The position numbers were made by a program, and so were the translations under genes. From NCBI RefSeq assembly GCF_052425735.1, contig NC_135770.1:29264001-29328000 (forward strand): 64,000 bases of DNA, read 5' to 3'. The notes under the pieces were generated by a model. It did not search any database. It was given only the letters and a program-made list of their open reading frames with translations, and was not told where the DNA came from. Shown here piece after piece: positions 59,357-64,000 of the stretch; the first letter of the stretch is position 1, and every line of letters starts with the position of its first letter. This stretch comes from Oculina patagonica. Lineage: Eukaryota.

Positions 59357-62300
59357 AGGGGAGTCCACAAATACCACCTCGAATTAGACGCTTTTATCGC
59401 AGCCGGAGTTCGTTTTTTGGCAAGTGTTAATGAGTTACGGTAAATTCCCCGACTTTGTTTACCCACGCGGAAAAAAACAAAATTTGCATACCATGTTCAG
59501 GCAAGCCCTTGACATGTTCAAACAAGCCCGTGACTGTCACGTCTCACTCTCAACGTAATTCGACAAATACCACACCGAATTAGACGGCAAGGGGTCATAA
59601 TTGATATCACGTGCATTAAATCAAAAGAACAATAGTTGTGCACGTGTAAAACAATAGATTTTTCATTCCAGAGTGCTTAGAACTCAGATTTTAAGCACAC
59701 AGGAATGAAAACAACTTACTAACGTCTAAAAATATCATTCGGGTAAACCCCGACACCCACGCACAAATTTGCATGCCGCGAGCGGCTTCATGTCAATTGA
59801 ACATTTGCTGGGCAATGGAATATACACAAAGATGGGCCGAGGAAGACGCGGAATTTGTTACATGAGCGGAAAAAAAACTTGAAAAATTTTTTCAACCCAC
59901 CTGCAGCAATGTTTTTACAAGAAAAAAGGGCGAAGGCTGCTTCCCAACCCGCTGTTTTATTGACAGAAGAGGAAATCGCGCAGTTGCGCGCTTTTGACAA
60001 AAGCTTTGTTGCGAATCTTTTGACAGGCAATTGACCTTTGGCCGCCATGCTTGCTCAATTAAGGGAAAACGCCCTGACGTGTTTGGGTTGTCATGCTTGG
60101 AAAAGCAAGGCCGATTTTACCCCGCATTTTTTTTTGACCGCAAAAGCAAGAGAGAGAGAGTGGAAGCACGCCTCGTCCGAGCGCAGGGAGAGCAGGGTGG
60201 GTGGGGGAGAGCGCCGCGAGCTGGAATGTCAATTGAACATTTGTGCCTTTTAGTTACAGAGCTTGAGCAAGGTCACGTGGATTTTTAAAAAAGCGAGTTG
60301 ACTGACAAAATCGAGAAAATGACAAAAACAGCAGACCCTCTTCCAAAGGTCGCTTTAAACATAATGGATGCACCGATTCCGCTTGGAGTGCGAAGGAGAT
60401 TGCGCAGCCCGTTGCGACCGCAAAGGAGATTGCGCAGGCCGTTGCGAGTGCGGAACTATCCACCAGAACCGCCAAGGCGCCACGAGGAAAAAAAGAGGAA
60501 CATCCAAAGGGAATTTGACCCTTTTCCGCCGCACGGAAACCGGGAGGTAACAAATTATCAGAATGAGATTTTGAATCTTTTTGATGTCGCGGAAGACGAG
60601 GGGGAGGAAAATAGTGGCCGGCGTTTTATTCGATGGCGTTTTATCAGAGGTTTGGAAAACGATCTTACACCAAACTTTATGCAAAAAATCCGAGAAAACG
60701 TAGGCACAGCGTTTTATATCAGGCATACTTACTCGTATTGGTTGCGCAACATGGAGGATGGTACGGTCATTGTTTACTACACTAATAATAAAGGCTCACC
60801 TTGGATTAACAGGCTTTCTGAAGCGAAAAAGTGGTTGACCGAACTGGAGACAAAACGCCTGGCCTTTGACAATATCGAAAGACCTTCAACAAAGTGGGTG
60901 TTTTATGGCTTTTTTGATGCTGAAGTAAAGGTTGTGCTTGACCGACGACCGCTGTTAGGCACGGGACCCTTACCATGTTGGCTTCGCAACCTTGCGCATG
61001 GCAGGTCGATGGTTGCGCTAGATACCTATCGAGATAATTTGTGTCTATGGCGTTGTATTGCTGTCCACCAAGGAGCACGTATTGATCGAAGCACAGTAGC
61101 AGCCCGTGGTCTCGCAAAGAGTTTCTTCAAACTCGAAACTGTGCCGACCGACTGTCCAAAAACATCTCTTGATGAATTAGATAAAGTTGAAAGGCATCTG
61201 AATCAGGGTGTCGCTTTTTCTGATTGGCTCGGCATTCGAGTTTATGAGCCTGAGCGTGAAGAAAATGAGGAAGTCGTATGGCACCTAAGAAGAAACTCTC
61301 CAGCTATGCTGACGAACATTCTGACAATCGGAATTTACGAAGGGCACGCGTTTGTCATTAAGGATATTGAAAGGTTAGCCAAGACGTATGCATGCGCCCA
61401 TTGCAACGCGAGATTTACACAAGCTTGCCACCTTAAACGCCACTATCAAACTTGCAGCCAAGGAAAAACAATAATTGATTGCCCGGGCAAAAAGGTTGAA
61501 GAACCGCAGACAAGCTTTGAAAAGGCTTTCTATCCAAGCCATCAAGCTTCCAAAGAATCGCTTCGGTGGCTTGACCAAGAGGCCAAGCGGCGGAAAATTC
61601 ACATTCACCACGCAATGTGCGGACATGGTGGTGAGCGTTGGGTTGAGCGCGCACCTGTCGACGGGTACGACCCTATTTCCAAAACTGTATTTCAATACCA
61701 CGGCTGCCACTGGCACGGGTGTCGAAAATGTTACCCGCAAGATCGTAACAAAATCATTGACCGCAACGACCAAACACGCGAAGACAGGTTCAAAGCCACA
61801 ATGAAACGTACAAGATTGCTTCGAAGGGCCGGCTACCGCGTGATCGAGGCTTGGGCGTGCGAAGTAAGGGAAAACGAGCTTGACGCGCCGCGGGCGCAGA
61901 CAAAAAGCTATCCGCACGCGATTTTGTACGATTTTGAGGCGTATGGTGACAATAAACAGAGAAAGGAACAAACGTCAGCGCTCACGACCGAAAACACACA
62001 TGTGCCAATCTCGGTAAGCATTGGCGACACCCTTGAAAGAGAACCCACCCACATTTGTGAAAGAGACCCGGCGGAGCTGGTCCGCAAGTTCATGGAAGAG
62101 CTGGAGAGACGTGGAAAAAACATTCGGGCCCAAGTAAGAGCGGAATTTATGCCAAAAGACGTTGGCCTGCTTCCCAAAGCGCAGCGTCAAAAAATTGAGG
62201 AATGGTGCAACCAAGTTCCTGTAGTTGGGTTTAACTCGGGCAGTTACGATCTGAATTTGATCAAAAATTACTTTGTAGGCCGCCTTGCCGACACAACTGG

Positions 62301-64000
62301 CAAAGTCAGAGTGGCGAAAAACTGTAACAAAATCATGTTTTTGCTTACTCCGAGCTTCCGTTTTCTTGACATTATTAACTACCTTGGGCCGGGAACAAGC
62401 TATGAAAAGTGGGTAAAGGCCTATGGGAGCGAGGCCAAAAAATCGTGGTTTCCTTATGAATGGTTTGACACTCCTGAAAAGCTTGATTATCCAGGTTTGC
62501 CAGATTATTTTATTTGTCACCAACCGGGCTCGGCTTGCCAGCCTTGGTATTCAAAGTTGAAAAACTCTTTTGTGCTAAAACTTTCAGAATGGAAAGCTTG
62601 TAAAAAACTGTTTCGAGAAAAGGGCATGCGCACCTTTGCAGACTGGCTGCGTTATTACAACAATCTCGATGTGACCCCCGGCCTGGAAGCTCTTGAAAAG
62701 ATGAAAGCTTTTTACACTGAAAAGAGGATCGACATTTTTAAAGACGCAGTTAGTATTCCCGGAGTAAGCTTACATTACCTGCTCAGAGGATCTGTTGAAA
62801 GAGGGGCTGAACTTTTCTCGCCTTGTGAAGAAGCGTACGAAATGCTGAAAGGGGCTGTTGTTGGCGGGCCAAGCATAGTATTCACGAGGCGCCACGAGGT
62901 TGGCGTCACAAAAATCAGAGATCACCAGTATTCCGATCCACGTCTTTGCGAAAACATTGTTGGCTACGATGCAAATGCCCTTTATCTGTCAACAATGTTG
63001 CAAGACATGCCCTGCAAAAAGGAAGAAGTCCGCCAATTCACAGGAGTTGAAGAAGTGCAGGCGAAGGTACTGACGGAAAATTTGAAAGGAGAAAACTCTG
63101 CTCATATAGCCAAATGGTTTGGATTTGCGGAAGTTGACATAGAAATTCCAAAAGAGCTGTGGAAAAAGTTTGAAGAGATGCCGCCATTTTTTCACAATAA
63201 AGAGGTCCCAGGCGGGCTTGTCCCACAACACATGTATGAATACTTGAAAAGAACAAAAAGAAATCGTGGAAATGGTAAAAAGCTCGTTGGAGCCCTTTCT
63301 GCCAAAAAGATTCTTTTGTATGCTCCACTGCTGCGCTGGTATGTGGAACACGGGGCGGTGATTACGGCGGTTCACCGAACGATTGACTACCAACCGAAAA
63401 AAATCTTCAACTGGTTTGTGGAACAAGTGACAGAGGCGCGAAGAACAGGCGATGTTGAGAGGTGCAAGGCCTTGCTGGCGGACGTGTTTAAGCTGTTGGG
63501 AAACAGCGCTTACGGGAAGCTGATCGAGGCCCTTGAAAGGCAAACAAACGTGATTTATACAAAAGACGAAAAAGTGGTTGACCGAGCTCTGCGAAGCGCG
63601 TATTTTAGCGACTTAGATGAAATTGGGGAAGCGTACGAGCTGGAAAGCCGCAAGCCAAGAATAACAATCAGCAGGCCTTTTCAAGTTGGGATTGCGGTTT
63701 ACCAGTTGGCAAAGCTGCGCATTTTGGAATTTTACTATGACTTTTTGGATAAGTATGTTGATAGAAAGGACTTTGAGCTAATTCAGATGGACACGGACAG
63801 CTGCTACATGGCCATTTCTGCTTCGAAGCTTGAGGACATCGTAAAACCCGAGCTAAAACAAGAATTCGAGGCCCAAAAAAAACAATGGCTGGCTTGGGAC
63901 AAGTGGAGCGGCCGCACGCCCGGTCTCTTTAAGCTAGAGTGTGTGGGTAGCCGGATGATTGCTCTCTGCCCAAAGTGTTATTTTATCGAGGAACAAGATG
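59347..64000 (+). mobile_element. Polinton/Maverick element, left end
   Basis: Starts abruptly with AGTAGT, the typical Polinton terminus, inside the BEL integrase; about 1 kb of terminal region follows, then a protein-primed PolB ORF. Confidence 0.92.
60319..64000 (+). CDS. Protein-primed family B DNA polymerase (pPolB) with OTU-like, zinc-finger and VSR-like nuclease modules; more than 1227 aa, runs off the window
   Basis: Open frame from ATG 60319 to the window end, translated by hand. Exo I YDFEA, Exo II GFNSGSYD, Exo III YNNLDV, VVGGPSIVF, Pol A YDANALY, Pol B KLLGNSAYGK, Pol C MDTDS, RTPGLFKLE. Confidence 0.95.
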   Translation, partial: MTKTADPLPKVALNIMDAPIPLGVRRRLRSPLRPQRRLRRPLRVRNYPPEPPRRHEEKKRNIQREFDPFPPHGNREVTNYQNEILNLFDVAEDEGEENSGRRFIRWRFIRGLENDLTPNFMQKIRENVGTAFYIRHTYSYWLRNMEDGTVIVYYTNNKGSPWINRLSEAKKWLTELETKRLAFDNIERPSTKWVFYGFFDAEVKVVLDRRPLLGTGPLPCWLRNLAHGRSMVALDTYRDNLCLWRCIAVHQGARIDRSTVAARGLAKSFFKLETVPTDCPKTSLDELDKVERHLNQGVAFSDWLGIRVYEPEREENEEVVWHLRRNSPAMLTNILTIGIYEGHAFVIKDIERLAKTYACAHCNARFTQACHLKRHYQTCSQGKTIIDCPGKKVEEPQTSFEKAFYPSHQASKESLRWLDQEAKRRKIHIHHAMCGHGGERWVERAPVDGYDPISKTVFQYHGCHWHGCRKCYPQDRNKIIDRNDQTREDRFKATMKRTRLLRRAGYRVIEAWACEVRENELDAPRAQTKSYPHAILYDFEAYGDNKQRKEQTSALTTENTHVPISVSIGDTLEREPTHICERDPAELVRKFMEELERRGKNIRAQVRAEFMPKDVGLLPKAQRQKIEEWCNQVPVVGFNSGSYDLNLIKNYFVGRLADTTGKVRVAKNCNKIMFLLTPSFRFLDIINYLGPGTSYEKWVKAYGSEAKKSWFPYEWFDTPEKLDYPGLPDYFICHQPGSACQPWYSKLKNSFVLKLSEWKACKKLFREKGMRTFADWLRYYNNLDVTPGLEALEKMKAFYTEKRIDIFKDAVSIPGVSLHYLLRGSVERGAELFSPCEEAYEMLKGAVVGGPSIVFTRRHEVGVTKIRDHQYSDPRLCENIVGYDANALYLSTMLQDMPCKKEEVRQFTGVEEVQAKVLTENLKGENSAHIAKWFGFAEVDIEIPKELWKKFEEMPPFFHNKEVPGGLVPQHMYEYLKRTKRNRGNGKKLVGALSAKKILLYAPLLRWYVEHGAVITAVHRTIDYQPKKIFNWFVEQVTEARRTGDVERCKALLADVFKLLGNSAYGKLIEALERQTNVIYTKDEKVVDRALRSAYFSDLDEIGEAYELESRKPRITISRPFQVGIAVYQLAKLRILEFYYDFLDKYVDRKDFELIQMDTDSCYMAISASKLEDIVKPELKQEFEAQKKQWLAWDKWSGRTPGLFKLECVGSRMIALCPKCYFIEEQD

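Noticed and set aside
60355-63543. Minus-strand ORFs of 89-198 aa in the ORF track
   Set aside because: Antisense shadows of the long plus-strand pPolB frame.

Overview
AT-rich animal genomic DNA with spliceosomal introns; the repeat families look like a stony coral or other anthozoan (inference). Host genes assembled by hand from GT-AG exons: a 13-exon purple acid phosphatase (ACP7, minus strand, 5563-33193, 437 aa); a 2-exon TEX49/SPMIP11-like probable ciliary gene with an RFX X-box promoter; an intronless CREBZF-like bZIP head-to-head with a 3-exon saposin-fold ER protein resembling plant SES1; and a partial duplicate of that ER gene. Mobile DNA dominates the rest. (1) An apparently intact 12.7-kb CMC/EnSpm (CACTA-type) transposon in ACP7 intron 9 carries a 9-exon DDE transposase and a divergent 6-exon, 503-aa accessory gene with a Tudor-like N-terminus, coiled coil and BEN domain (BEND5-like layout). 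(2) A non-autonomous relative has the same CCCTT ends but a different, CpG-saturated subterminal motif. (3) A Galileo-like foldback has 516-bp TIRs and a 7-bp TSD. (4) A Penelope-type inverted repeat contains a minimal hammerhead ribozyme. (5) A tandem array of tRNA-like Pol III units is fused to the duplicated gene. (6) A BEL/Pao LTR retrotransposon is interrupted in its integrase by a Polinton/Maverick whose pPolB ORF (missing from the ORF track because it runs off the window) has OTU-like, zinc-finger and VSR-nuclease modules ahead of the exonuclease. The best candidate for an undescribed system is the transposase plus BEN-protein pair, with element-specific subterminal repeats as a possible address code. 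Family assignments come from motif recognition by eye; no database search was run.
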